Positions 51,642 through 61,296 are shown, counted from the stretch's first letter. The stretch: 64,000 bases of DNA from Kofleriaceae bacterium (GCA_965215005.1 CBDCCZ010000004.1:64001-128000), one strand, 5' to 3'. Notes: generated by a model from the letters alone, not told the origin. Numbers and translations: made by a program.

Positions 51642-52375
51642 TGCTGATGCGCTCGCTGCTTGCAGTTGCCGCGAGCGCGATGCTGGTGTCGACCGCGCAG
51701 GCCGGCGCGAGCGAGCCCCCTTCGACCGCGGCAGCCGCGGAAGCAGGCACGGCAAGCGCGTTCGAGACCCAGCTGAGCGAGCGGCTCGCCGCTGTGTTGC
51801 CAGCGCATTTGGCGCCCGGCGCCTTGCACGTGCCGGCGAGTATCGCGCGGCTCGAGCCGCCGCCAACCATCGTGGCGGTGCGTTGGCGACGACCGCCGCG
51901 CGCCGGCCACACCACAGTAATGGTCGAGCTCGACACGGCGGAGGGCCAGCGTCGCAAGGTGTGGGTGCGGCTCGACGTGCTCGAGCGCCGTGCGGTGCTG
52001 GTGGCAGCGCGGCCATTGGTTGCCGGCATGGTTGTTGGTGCCGATGATTTGCGGGTCGCGCTGGTTGCGCTGCCGGAAGGGCAGGGACTGGAGCTATCGC
52101 CAGCGGGATTGCTGGGGGCGCGGGTGGTTGGCGCGATCGACGAAGGTGCGGTGATCGACGCCGAGGTGGTGGAGCTGCCGCCGCCGATTGCGCGCGGCAC
52201 ATCGGTTACGGTGATCGTGCGGTATGGGCGGGTGGAGGTGCGCACGCCGGCAGTGCTGGAGCGCGCCGCGCAGCTCGGTGAGCTCGCGACTGCTCGGCTC
52301 ATTAGCCAGCGACGACTTTTAAAGGGACGGCTGATCTCTGCCGATGTCGTTCTCATCGCAGGAGAAGCACCGTGA
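51638..52375 (+). CDS. flgA: P-ring chaperone FlgA
   Basis: Signal peptide; SAF domain (VLVAARPL..G); PPPIARGTSV; position. Confidence 0.85.
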   Translation: MMLMRSLLAVAASAMLVSTAQAGASEPPSTAAAAEAGTASAFETQLSERLAAVLPAHLAPGALHVPASIARLEPPPTIVAVRWRRPPRAGHTTVMVELDTAEGQRRKVWVRLDVLERRAVLVAARPLVAGMVVGADDLRVALVALPEGQGLELSPAGLLGARVVGAIDEGAVIDAEVVELPPPIARGTSVTVIVRYGRVEVRTPAVLERAAQLGELATARLISQRRLLKGRLISADVVLIAGEAP

Positions 52376-53061
52376 ACCGCTCCCTCATCATCATCTTTGC
52401 GCTGGTCTCGCTCGTGCTCGGCGCGTGCGCTACTCACATTGCTCCGTATCGACCAAAGCGCCGTCACTTTGACCCCGGCAAGTACGCGAAAGCGCCGACG
52501 ACTCCCACGGGCAGCTTGTATGCCTCCGGCAGCGCTGGCTTCTTCGAGGACTCCGTGGCCTCACAGCTCGGCGACATCTTGGTGATCCGCATCGACGAGC
52601 GCGAGAGCGCGCTTCGTGATGCCTCGACCAAGCTCGATCAGCAGAGCTCTACCAGCTACGGTGTTCCTTCGGCGCTCGGTTTGATGGGTGCGCTGCAGTC
52701 GAAGTATCCCAACGTCGATCCGAGCGCGCTGTTTGGCGCCGAGAGCGACGTTGCCTTCCAAGGCGGGGGCAAGATCGCCCGCAAAGGGGCGCTCAACGCA
52801 ACGCTATCGGTTCGGGTGCAATCAGTCATGCCCAATGGCGACCTGTACGTCGAGGGCACCAAGGTGGTGATGGTGGGGCAAGAAGAGCATCACATCTACG
52901 TGAGCGGCATCGTCCGCCGCGATGACATCTTGCCCGACAACAGCGTCCGTTCGTCACGCATCGCCGATGCTGAGATCGAATACGTCGGTCGTGGCGACGT
53001 CTCCAACCAACAGCGACGGGGCTGGTTCAGTCGCACGCTCAGCAAGCTGTGGCCGTTTTGA
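52372..53061 (+). CDS. flgH: L-ring lipoprotein FlgH
   Basis: Lipobox LGAC; GDILVIRIDE, PNGDLYVEG, GIVRRDDI, IADAEIEY. Confidence 0.96.
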   Translation: MNRSLIIIFALVSLVLGACATHIAPYRPKRRHFDPGKYAKAPTTPTGSLYASGSAGFFEDSVASQLGDILVIRIDERESALRDASTKLDQQSSTSYGVPSALGLMGALQSKYPNVDPSALFGAESDVAFQGGGKIARKGALNATLSVRVQSVMPNGDLYVEGTKVVMVGQEEHHIYVSGIVRRDDILPDNSVRSSRIADAEIEYVGRGDVSNQQRRGWFSRTLSKLWPF

Positions 53062-53072
53062 TCGGAGTGACG

Positions 53073-54176
53073 ATGAAACTCACCATGTACATCTCGATCG
53101 GCTTGGCGATGCTGCTCGCGGCGCCTACGGCGGCCAGCGCCCAGCATCGCCTCAAAGAGCTGGTGTCGATCGAAGGCGTTCGTGAGAACAGCTTAGTGGG
53201 TTTTGGCATCGTGGTCGGCTTGGCTGGCACTGGCGACGATGCACGGTCGCCGGTGGTGCAGAAGTCGCTCGCAAATCTGCTCAATCGGCTCGGCGTGAGA
53301 ATCGACCCCGCCGAGATCAAGGCCAAGAATGTGGCCGCGGTGGTGGTAACCGCGGAGCTGCCAGCGTTCGCACGCGCGGGAATGAACATCGATGTCACGG
53401 TCTCATCGATGGGCGCGGCCAAGAGCCTGCAGGGCGGCACGCTGGTGGTGACACCGCTCAAAGGACCCGACCGCGCGGTGTATGCGCTGGCGCAGGGGGC
53501 GTTGTCGCTAGGCGGGTTTGCGGTGGAGGGCGCGTCGGGCTCCACCGCCCGCAAGAACCACGCGACCGTCGCTCGCATTCCAGCCGGCGCGGTAATCGAG
53601 CGCGGCGCGCCAACGGTGTTGCCGCGCGACCGCGTCACGTTGCTCCTCAAGCAGCCCGACTTCACCACCGCTTCACGCATCGCCACTGCCATCGATGCAA
53701 CCTTCAGTGCGCCGCTGTCGATGGTGACCGATCCAGGCTCGGTGGTGGTGCAGATCCGGCCAGAGTGGAAGTCGCGCGCGGTGCACTTCATCGCCACTCT
53801 CGAGGCGATCGAGGCGGTCGCGGATGCCCCCGCCAAGGTCATCATCGACGAGCGCACCGGTACCATCGTGGTTGGCGCCAATGTTCGGCTCAGCGCCGCT
53901 GCCATCGCGCATGGGGCGCTCACGGTGCGCATTAATGAGCAGCAGGTTCCTTCGCAGCCAAATCCGCTCGCTGACGGCCAAACCGTGGTCACCGAGCAGA
54001 GCGAGATCGAGATCAATGAACAAGGCGGCGACCTGCGCGCGATTCGCGCTGCGGCGTCGGTCGGCGAGGTGGCCGCCGCACTCAATCAGCTCGGCGCCAA
54101 GCCACGCGACTTGGTCGCCATCTTCCAGGCGCTGCACGCCGCTGGCGCGCTGCGCGCTGATATCGAGGTGCTGTAG
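53073..54176 (+). CDS. flgI: P-ring protein FlgI
   Basis: GVRENSLVGFGIVVGLAGTGD, KNVAAVVVTAELP, ERTGTIV. Confidence 0.97.
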   Translation: MKLTMYISIGLAMLLAAPTAASAQHRLKELVSIEGVRENSLVGFGIVVGLAGTGDDARSPVVQKSLANLLNRLGVRIDPAEIKAKNVAAVVVTAELPAFARAGMNIDVTVSSMGAAKSLQGGTLVVTPLKGPDRAVYALAQGALSLGGFAVEGASGSTARKNHATVARIPAGAVIERGAPTVLPRDRVTLLLKQPDFTTASRIATAIDATFSAPLSMVTDPGSVVVQIRPEWKSRAVHFIATLEAIEAVADAPAKVIIDERTGTIVVGANVRLSAAAIAHGALTVRINEQQVPSQPNPLADGQTVVTEQSEIEINEQGGDLRAIRAAASVGEVAAALNQLGAKPRDLVAIFQALHAAGALRADIEVL

Positions 54177-54952
54177 TGGCGATGCGGCTCGAGGGCGTGA
54201 CCGATCTGGCGCGCAGCCGCGGCGACGACGCGGAGACGGCGGCAACGCAGCTCGAGGCGCACTTTCTGCGCCGCATGCTTTCTGAGATGCGCCCGCAAGA
54301 TAGCGAAGGCATGTTTGGCGGCGGCATGGCCGGCGGCATGTTTCGCGAGATGCTCGACGAAGCGCTTGCAGACGCAATGGCCGACGCCGGCGGCATCGGG
54401 CTCGCTCCCATGATCTCCGATGAGCTCGATCGATTGGGCGGGGGCAAGGGCGCGATGATGACCTCCATGCCGCCCGCTGCGGACGGCTATCGCGCTGCCG
54501 CTACGCGCGCCACCGCTGCTTATCGCGCCAGCGGTCCACTTGCCGTCATGCCAGTGGATGGCCGGCAGACCTCCGATTTTGGCCCGCGCGTCGATCCGAT
54601 GAAGGGCGGCCACGGGTACCACACCGGCCTCGACATTGCCGCGCCGATGGGGACCGCCGTGCATGCCTCCGGAGACGGTGTGGTGGTGCGCGCCGGCACC
54701 GCCGGCGGCTACGGCAACATGGTGGTCATCGATCATGGCGGTGGCGTCGAGACCCGCTATGCGCATCTTTCCGAGATGGCAGTGCAGGTAGGCGATCGGG
54801 TCGCTGCCGGCGCCGTTGTCGGTGGTGTCGGCTCGACCGGCCGCTCCACGGGGCCGCACTTGCACTTCGAGGTCCGCCGCGATGGCAGCGCCGTCGATCC
54901 ACAAAAAGAGCTCGGCACCCTAAAGGATGCTGAGACCCGGCCGAGTCGTTGA
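54176..54952 (+). CDS. flgJ: FlgJ rod-binding domain fused to an M23 metallopeptidase
   Basis: QLEAHFLRRMLSEMR...FREMLDE...GGIGLA; M23 motifs HTGLD, YAHL, GRSTGPHLHFE. Confidence 0.88.
   Translation: MAMRLEGVTDLARSRGDDAETAATQLEAHFLRRMLSEMRPQDSEGMFGGGMAGGMFREMLDEALADAMADAGGIGLAPMISDELDRLGGGKGAMMTSMPPAADGYRAAATRATAAYRASGPLAVMPVDGRQTSDFGPRVDPMKGGHGYHTGLDIAAPMGTAVHASGDGVVVRAGTAGGYGNMVVIDHGGGVETRYAHLSEMAVQVGDRVAAGAVVGGVGSTGRSTGPHLHFEVRRDGSAVDPQKELGTLKDAETRPSR
54920..54944 (+). promoter_or_regulatory. sigma28 promoter of flgM
   Basis: CTAAAG-N12-CGGCCGA (TAAA-N15-GCCGA). Confidence 0.7.
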
Positions 54953-54968
54953 ACTGTAGGAGGCTGCC

Positions 54969-55271
54969 ATGCGCATCCAGGGACCAAATAGTCAAGCCAT
55001 CGCCAATGCGGCCACAGACGCTGCCAGCAAAAGCAACGCCGAGCGCGCCGAGCGCAAGGAACAAGCCGCGTCTTCCAAAGCCGTGGTGGTCAACATCGGC
55101 GAAGCGGCGGGCGGCGCCTCACGCGCCTCGGCCCGCTTGAGCGAAGAAGTCGCCGCGCGGCTCGAAGAAGTGCGTTCGCAGCTGCAAGCGGGCACCTATG
55201 GAATCGACTTCGAGCGCCTCGCCGAGCGGATTGCATCGGATGAGCTAGCGAGGGCCGGGGTCGAGCGATGA
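54969..55271 (+). CDS. flgM: Anti-sigma28 factor FlgM
   Basis: ARLEEVRSQLQAGTYGIDFERLAERI. Confidence 0.88.
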   Translation: MRIQGPNSQAIANAATDAASKSNAERAERKEQAASSKAVVVNIGEAAGGASRASARLSEEVAARLEEVRSQLQAGTYGIDFERLAERIASDELARAGVER

Positions 55272-55705
55272 CGCTCACGTGGGAAGCGGTCGACGATGTC
55301 GACGCGCTTGCCCGCGTGCGGGCGTTGCTCGAGGAGCTCGGGGCGGTATTGGTCGCGGAGCGCGATGCTATCGCTAAGCTCGCCTCCGAAACGATCACCG
55401 CGCTCACTTCAGACAAAGAACGCATCTTAGTGGAGCTCGCGGCGATTGCGCAGCGGTTCCCGAGCGAGGTCGAGGACCGCGAGACGGTGACCCGACGCGC
55501 ATCGGAGCCGGTGCGCGCGTTGCGGCAGGACATTGCATTGCAGGGAATGCGAGTGCGGCTGTCGGCGCAGGCCAACGCCGCCCTTTTGCTCGATGCTGTC
55601 GATGCGGTCTCCGGGGTACTTGGCCTCGGCGGTGAAGCGGAGACGTATGATCGTCACGCGCGCAAGCTTTCGCGCAGCCGCAACTTGGGCGGCAAAGCGG
55701 CGTAG
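55268..55705 (+). CDS. flgN: Flagellar chaperone FlgN
   Basis: Helical; AERDAI...KE...NAALL...TYD; between flgM and flgK. Confidence 0.78.
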   Translation: MTLTWEAVDDVDALARVRALLEELGAVLVAERDAIAKLASETITALTSDKERILVELAAIAQRFPSEVEDRETVTRRASEPVRALRQDIALQGMRVRLSAQANAALLLDAVDAVSGVLGLGGEAETYDRHARKLSRSRNLGGKAA

Positions 55706-55723
55706 CCGCAGGGCAGGAGCATC

Positions 55724-57094
55724 ATGAGTGACTTGCTTCGCCTCTTGGATCTCGGCGCCGGCTCGATCGCTGCCAGCAATGCCGGCATCGCGGCAGCGGG
55801 AAACAACACCGCCAACGTCAACACCGAAGGCTACTCGCGCCAGCGCATCGACATGCGCTCGCAGCTTGCGGCGCCGCTGGTGGGTGGGGTGCTCGCGCAG
55901 GGGCCGATGCGCATGGAGGATGCGCTGCTCGCTGGACGCATGCGCACCAGCGCCGGCGCGCAGTCGATGTCCGAGGCGTTCGCTGAGGCGCTGATGTCGC
56001 TCGAGCAAGTGCTCGCCAGCTCTGGTAGCGATGTGCCTGCGGCGATGACGGAGATGTTTTCGCGCATCGGCGATGCGGCGGCCTCGCCCATGAGCAAACC
56101 AGCGCGCGAAGCGGCCATCGATGCGGCGCGGCAGCTGGCGGTCGCGGTGCGCCGGCAAGCCGCCACGCTCGAGACCGCGCGTCGAGAAGCCGATGCACGG
56201 GTCCGCGATCAAACCCGCGAGGCAAGTGCGTTGGCGGCACAAATCGCCGGGGCCAACAAGGCGCTGGCGCAAAACGCGGACCCGGTGATGATGGATCGCC
56301 GCGACTTGGCCGCACAAAAGCTGGCGGATCTGGTCGGCGGTGCGGCGCGCGTCGATCCTGATGGTCACATGCGCTTCGTGCTCAGCGGCGGCGCCGTGCT
56401 GGTCGACGGTGTTCGCGCTGCGAGCCTCGAAGCCACCTCGGATGCAACGCTGGGAAACTTCGCGCGTATCGAGGTGGTCGATGGTCAAAGTCGGCGCAAC
56501 GTCACCGGCGACCTCGACGGCGGTCGTCTCGCTGGCGAGCTGCGATTTCGCGACGAGACGGCGGTTGGACTGTTGGCCGACACCGACCAGCTCGCCTATG
56601 ACGTCGCCACCAGCACCAACGCCGTCCACGCTGCCAACGCGGCGCTCGATGGCTCGACCGGCCGCAACTTCTTCACCGCGCCCGCCGCCGTAAGCGGAGC
56701 AGCGGCGGCGCTCGAGGTCGATCCGAGCATCGCTGCCAACGCCGATCTGTTGGCGCTCGGCACGCCGGGGGAAGGGCCGGGCTCCAATGGCGGGGGCCTG
56801 GCGCTGCTTGGAGTACGCGATGCGCCGGTTGCTGGCGGTGGCACCACGACGCTCTCGGAGCAGGGCATTCGCGTCATGGCAGGCCTTGGCCGCAGCACTG
56901 CCACCGCCTCCGTCGAGCGCGAGCTTTATACCGCGCAGCGCGACACGCTGGCCGGCTTTCGCGACTCGATGGCCGGCGTGAGCGTGCAAGAAGAGCTGGT
57001 CCGCTTGTCGCAATTTCAACACGCCTCCGAAGCGTCTGCTCGCTTCATTGGCACCGTCGATCAACTGCTTGGCCGCCTCATCGAATCGATCTAA
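55724..57094 (+). CDS. flgK: Hook-associated protein FlgK
   Basis: GNNTANVNTEGYSRQR, GVSVQEE. Confidence 0.94.
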   Translation: MSDLLRLLDLGAGSIAASNAGIAAAGNNTANVNTEGYSRQRIDMRSQLAAPLVGGVLAQGPMRMEDALLAGRMRTSAGAQSMSEAFAEALMSLEQVLASSGSDVPAAMTEMFSRIGDAAASPMSKPAREAAIDAARQLAVAVRRQAATLETARREADARVRDQTREASALAAQIAGANKALAQNADPVMMDRRDLAAQKLADLVGGAARVDPDGHMRFVLSGGAVLVDGVRAASLEATSDATLGNFARIEVVDGQSRRNVTGDLDGGRLAGELRFRDETAVGLLADTDQLAYDVATSTNAVHAANAALDGSTGRNFFTAPAAVSGAAAALEVDPSIAANADLLALGTPGEGPGSNGGGLALLGVRDAPVAGGGTTTLSEQGIRVMAGLGRSTATASVERELYTAQRDTLAGFRDSMAGVSVQEELVRLSQFQHASEASARFIGTVDQLLGRLIESI

Positions 57095-57097
57095 ATC

Positions 57098-57973
57098 ATG
57101 CGCATCACTGAAGCTCGAATGCTCGAAGTTGGTTCCGTGCAGACCATGCGCGCGCAAGAGCGTGTGGCTGCCAAGCAAGCAGAGCTCTCTAGCGGCAAAC
57201 GCGTCGAGCGGCCATCGCAGGATCCCACCGCGTGGGCCGAGGGCCGTCGGGCTCAGGTGCGGTCGCAGGCGAGCAGCCACCGCGGACAACATCTCGCGCG
57301 TTCCAATGAGCGGCTCGCCGACACCGAGCGGGTGCTCGAGAGCCTGGGCGAGGTGACGGCGCGGGCGAGAGAGCTGGCTATCCAAGGAGCCAACGCCACG
57401 CTGGATGCCGACAATCGTGCCGGCATTGCCTCGGAGATTCGCCAGCTGCGCGCTGCGGCGCTCGATGCGGTCAACACGCGCGATGCCGAGGGCGAGTATC
57501 TATTTGCGGGTTCGCGCGGCGATGTCGCGCCGTTCGATGCGGCGGGCGTGTACGTCGGCGACGACCTGCAGCGTGAAGTGGAAAGCGGCGAGGGCGCGAT
57601 GGCAACGGCCACGTTGCCAGGCTCGCGGCTCACGGCGGCTAGCGGTATCGACCTCTTCGCGCGCTTAGACGCGCTGGCCACGGCACTGGAGGCCGGCGAC
57701 GAAGCGGCAATTGCCGTGGGCGTGGGCGACATGGACGAAGCGGTTCGGCAGGTATCGCGCGCGCGCACTGAAACCGGTGAGATGATGCGCGCGTTCGACC
57801 TCGCCGATGATGCTCGCCAAGGGCTGGAGCTCGCGCTTGCCGCCACCGAAGTGCGCAGCCTCGAGACCGATGCCATCGGCGCCGCGACCGAGCTGGCGCA
57901 GGCCATGAACACGCTCGAGGCTTCCCGAGCGGTCACCTCGCGCATCATCGAGATCACCCGGCCGCGACTCTAG
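57098..57973 (+). CDS. flgL: Hook-associated protein FlgL
   Basis: MRIT, LSSGKRVERPSQDP, YLFAG. Confidence 0.93.
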   Translation: MRITEARMLEVGSVQTMRAQERVAAKQAELSSGKRVERPSQDPTAWAEGRRAQVRSQASSHRGQHLARSNERLADTERVLESLGEVTARARELAIQGANATLDADNRAGIASEIRQLRAAALDAVNTRDAEGEYLFAGSRGDVAPFDAAGVYVGDDLQREVESGEGAMATATLPGSRLTAASGIDLFARLDALATALEAGDEAAIAVGVGDMDEAVRQVSRARTETGEMMRAFDLADDARQGLELALAATEVRSLETDAIGAATELAQAMNTLEASRAVTSRIIEITRPRL

Positions 57974-57995
57974 CTTTTTTTTTTGGATTCTCCCC

Positions 57996-58019
57996 TTAAA
58001 GGGCCCCGGAAGCGGGCGA
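57996..58019 (+). promoter_or_regulatory. sigma28-like promoter of flagellin 1, preceded by a T10 tract
   Basis: TTAAAG-N11-CGGGCGA followed by ACCA. Confidence 0.72.
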
Positions 58020-58094
58020 ACCAGGTAAGCGAGCGGGACGCACCACTTAGTCCCAGCCACCTGAACGCAACCCCAACGCTACCGGAGTACGACA

Positions 58095-58964
58095 ATGGCC
58101 CTTTCAATCATCACCAATCTTCCCGCTCTCAGCGCGCAACGCAACCTCGCTTCGACCACCGATGCACTCACGCAGAGCGTTGGTCGCTTGTCCTCGGGCT
58201 TGCGCATCAACCGCGCCGCCGACGACGCAGCGGGCCTTGGCATCAGCGAGAACCTTCGCGCCGACATCCGCAGCATGGTGCAGGCCAAGCGCAACGCCAA
58301 CGATGCCATCAGCCTCACGCAGGTGGCGGAAGGCGCGATGAATGAGATCCAAGGCATCGTCTCGCGCATGCGTGAGCTGGCGGTGCAGTCGGCCAACGGC
58401 ACGCTCGGGACCACCGAGCGCGGCTACATTCAGACCGAGTTCACCAGCCTGCGACAGGAAATCGACCGCATCACGGCGGTCACCGAGTTCAACGGTACCA
58501 AGCTGATCGACGGCACCATGAGCGCCGGCGTCAACTTCCAGGTAGGCATCCAAAACACCTCCAACGATCGCCTCAGCCTCAGCATCGGCGCGCTCAACGC
58601 GCAGTCGCTCGGCAGCACGGGCAGCGTCGCTACCGGCGCCGCGGGGACGGTGATTGCTTCGCAGAGCCTGTCGACGGCAACGGGCGCGCAGGCCGCATTG
58701 GCGGTGTTCGACCTGGCGATCACGCAGCTCTCGACCTCGCGCTCAAAGCTCGGCGCGATGCAGAACCGGTTGTCGGTGACCATGACCAACATCTCGGTCG
58801 CCCACGAGAACCTCTCGGCCGCCGAGTCGCGCATCCGCGACGTCGACGTCGCCTCCGAGTCTGGAAATCTGGCTCGTGCGCAGATCCTTCAGCAGGCGGG
58901 CGTGTCGCTCTTGGGACAAGCCAACCAGCTGCCCCAGGCCGCACTGAGCCTCTTGGGCAACTAG
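58095..58964 (+). CDS. fliC: Flagellin 1 (289 aa)
   Basis: RLSSGLRINRAADDAAGL, RMRELAVQSANGT, LGAMQNRL, SRIRDVD. Confidence 0.98.
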   Translation: MALSIITNLPALSAQRNLASTTDALTQSVGRLSSGLRINRAADDAAGLGISENLRADIRSMVQAKRNANDAISLTQVAEGAMNEIQGIVSRMRELAVQSANGTLGTTERGYIQTEFTSLRQEIDRITAVTEFNGTKLIDGTMSAGVNFQVGIQNTSNDRLSLSIGALNAQSLGSTGSVATGAAGTVIASQSLSTATGAQAALAVFDLAITQLSTSRSKLGAMQNRLSVTMTNISVAHENLSAAESRIRDVDVASESGNLARAQILQQAGVSLLGQANQLPQAALSLLGN

Positions 58965-59158
58965 TTCCACGTCCCCACGCGGCGCGCGGCGCCGAGGCCT
59001 TCGTCTGATCCCGGTAGCGGGCCGCCCAGCTGACCTCGGCTGGGCGCGCCCGCTCTTCGCATTTGTGGGTCCTGCGTACCACGGCAGCGCGATGTAGGTC
59101 GCGCCGGCAGGCTTTCGCACGCGCGCACTCGGTGCCGCGTTTTTTTTTCGCAAGCCCC

Positions 59159-59182
59159 TTCAAGAGCGCCGCGTGCGGGCGA
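59159..59182 (+). promoter_or_regulatory. sigma28-like promoter of flagellin 2, preceded by a T9 tract
   Basis: TTCAAG-N11-CGGGCGA followed by ACCA. Confidence 0.72.
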
Positions 59183-59257
59183 ACCAGGTAAGCGAGCGGG
59201 ACGCACCACTTAGTCCCAGCCACCTGAACGCAACCCCAACGCTACCGGAGTACGACA

Positions 59258-60127
59258 ATGGCCCTTTCAATCATCACCAATCTTCCCGCTCTCAGCGCGC
59301 AACGCAACCTCGCTTCGACCACCGATGCACTCACGCAGAGCGTTGGTCGCTTGTCCTCGGGCTTGCGCATCAACCGCGCCGCCGACGACGCAGCGGGCCT
59401 TGGCATCAGCGAGAACCTTCGCGCCGACATCCGCAGCATGGTGCAGGCCAAGCGCAACGCCAACGATGCCATCAGCCTCACGCAGGTGGCGGAAGGCGCG
59501 ATGAATGAGATCCAAGGCATCGTCTCGCGCATGCGTGAGCTGGCGGTGCAGTCGGCCAACGGCACGCTCGGGACCACCGAGCGCGGCTACATTCAGACCG
59601 AGTTCACCAGCCTGCGACAGGAAATCGACCGCATCACGGCGGTCACCGAGTTCAACGGTACCAAGCTGATCGACGGCACCATGAGCGCCGGCGTCAACTT
59701 CCAGGTAGGCATCCAAAACACCTCCAACGATCGCCTCAGCCTCAGCATCGGCGCGCTCAACGCGCAGTCGCTCGGCAGCACGGGCAGCGTCGCTACCGGC
59801 GCCGCGGGGACGGTGATTGCTTCGCAGAGCCTGTCGACGGCAACGGGCGCGCAGGCCGCATTGGCGGTGTTCGACCTGGCGATCACGCAGCTCTCGACCT
59901 CGCGCTCAAAGCTCGGCGCGATGCAGAACCGGTTGTCGGTGACCATGACCAACATCTCGGTCGCCCACGAGAACCTCTCGGCCGCCGAGTCGCGCATCCG
60001 CGACGTCGACGTCGCCTCCGAGTCTGGAAATCTGGCTCGCGCGCAGATCCTTCAGCAGGCGGGCGTGTCGCTCTTGGGACAAGCCAACCAGCTGCCCCAG
60101 GCCGCATTGAGCCTCTTGGGCAACTAG
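59258..60127 (+). CDS. fliC: Flagellin 2 (protein identical to flagellin 1)
   Basis: Identical translation in the ORF track. Confidence 0.98.
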   Translation: MALSIITNLPALSAQRNLASTTDALTQSVGRLSSGLRINRAADDAAGLGISENLRADIRSMVQAKRNANDAISLTQVAEGAMNEIQGIVSRMRELAVQSANGTLGTTERGYIQTEFTSLRQEIDRITAVTEFNGTKLIDGTMSAGVNFQVGIQNTSNDRLSLSIGALNAQSLGSTGSVATGAAGTVIASQSLSTATGAQAALAVFDLAITQLSTSRSKLGAMQNRLSVTMTNISVAHENLSAAESRIRDVDVASESGNLARAQILQQAGVSLLGQANQLPQAALSLLGN

Positions 60128-60128
60128 T

Positions 60129-60165
60129 CTCACGGCTCACGGCTCACGGCGCACGCCGTGAGCCG
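60129..60165 (+). terminator. Stem-loop after flagellin 2, with (CTCACGG)x3
   Basis: GGCTCACGGC-GCAC-GCCGTGAGCC; no U-tract. Confidence 0.45.
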
Positions 60166-60314
60166 CAAGCAACTGTCTATAGGACCATTGCTACGAAGTC
60201 TTCGCCCCGGCGTTCTCGCTGGGGCTTTCGACGTTTTCGGTCCGCGCGAGCACGCATTCGTACCGATTCGCGTCTCGTGCAGCGGCGCGTTGATCGATTT
60301 TTTTCGATTGGCTC

Positions 60315-60338
60315 TTCAAGGTCGCGCAAAACGGGCGA
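60315..60338 (+). promoter_or_regulatory. sigma28-like promoter of flagellins 3-4, preceded by a T7 tract
   Basis: TTCAAG-N11-CGGGCGA followed by ACCA. Confidence 0.72.
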
Positions 60339-60408
60339 ACCACGATGCAACGGTGCAACTGCAATCAACAGGCGAATGCAAATTCGTATGCAAGGAGACA
60401 ATCACTAG

Positions 60409-61254
60409 ATGGCAATCTCGATAATCACCAACGTGGCGTCCCTGTCCGCTCAGCGGAACCTGGGACGCGCGCAGGAGATGCAGCAGTCCAGCGTAGGACG
60501 GTTGTCATCCGGTCTGCGTATCAACAAAGCGGCTGATGATGCTGCGGGTCTCGGCATCAGCGAATCGCTGCGCGCCGACATCCGCAGCATCTCGCAAGCC
60601 AAACGCAATGCCAGTGACGGCATCAGCCTCACGCAGGTGGCGGAAGGCGCGATGAATGAGGTGCAGGGCATCGTCTCGCGCATGCGAGAGCTCGCGGTGC
60701 AGTCAGCCAACGGCACGCTCGGCACCACCGAGCGCGGTTACATCCAAACCGAGTTCTCGTCGCTGCGGAGCGAAATCAACCGCATCAGCTCGGTGACCGA
60801 GTTCAACGGCACCAAGCTCATCGATGGCACCATCGCCTCGGGCAGTGGCTCGCAGTTTCAGGTAGGCATTCACAACACCAGCAACGACCGCTTGACGATG
60901 GCGATCGCTACCATCACCGCGAGCGCGCTAGGCAGCGGCACGATGATCGGCTCGCTGAGCCTGTCATCGGCGAGCGGCGCGCAGAGTGCAATCGGCGTCT
61001 TCGACGCCGCTATCAAGCAGCTGTCGACGGCGCGTGCTGGCATCGGTGCGATGCAGAACCGCCTGTCGGTGACGATGAACAACCTCTCCGTGTCGCACGA
61101 GAACCTGTCGGCGGCGGAGTCGCGCGTTCGCGATGTCGATGTCGCGGAAGAAACCAGTGCGCTCACTCGGAGCCAAATTCTCAGCCAGGCGAGTATCTCG
61201 CTGTTGTCGCAAGCCAATCAGCTTCCGGGCGCGGCTCTGTCGCTGCTTGGCTAG
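60409..61254 (+). CDS. fliC: Flagellin 3 (281 aa)
   Basis: Flagellin N- and C-terminal motifs; AGGAG RBS. Confidence 0.98.
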   Translation: MAISIITNVASLSAQRNLGRAQEMQQSSVGRLSSGLRINKAADDAAGLGISESLRADIRSISQAKRNASDGISLTQVAEGAMNEVQGIVSRMRELAVQSANGTLGTTERGYIQTEFSSLRSEINRISSVTEFNGTKLIDGTIASGSGSQFQVGIHNTSNDRLTMAIATITASALGSGTMIGSLSLSSASGAQSAIGVFDAAIKQLSTARAGIGAMQNRLSVTMNNLSVSHENLSAAESRVRDVDVAEETSALTRSQILSQASISLLSQANQLPGAALSLLG

Positions 61255-61296
61255 TCCCCAGTCGAACACACGTAAGAGCAAAGGCAGTACGAAACT

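Larger units (their letters stand above)
58012..60128 (+). repeat. Direct repeat of ~954 bp (58012-58965 and 59175-60128) covering -10 element, 5' UTR and flagellin CDS
   Basis: Offset 1163; differences seen by eye only at 58877/60040 and 58944/60107, both synonymous. Confidence 0.95.

Noticed and set aside
55427..57385. Long antisense ORFs (this 652-aa one, 35246-36793, 37079-38446, and the 5' extension of 8117-9697)
   Set aside because: Shadow frames of well-supported genes in high-GC DNA, with no recognisable motifs
58965..59150. GC-rich hairpins between flagellins 1 and 2 as an sRNA or REP element
   Set aside because: Not repeated elsewhere in the window; explained adequately as terminator or mRNA-stability structures
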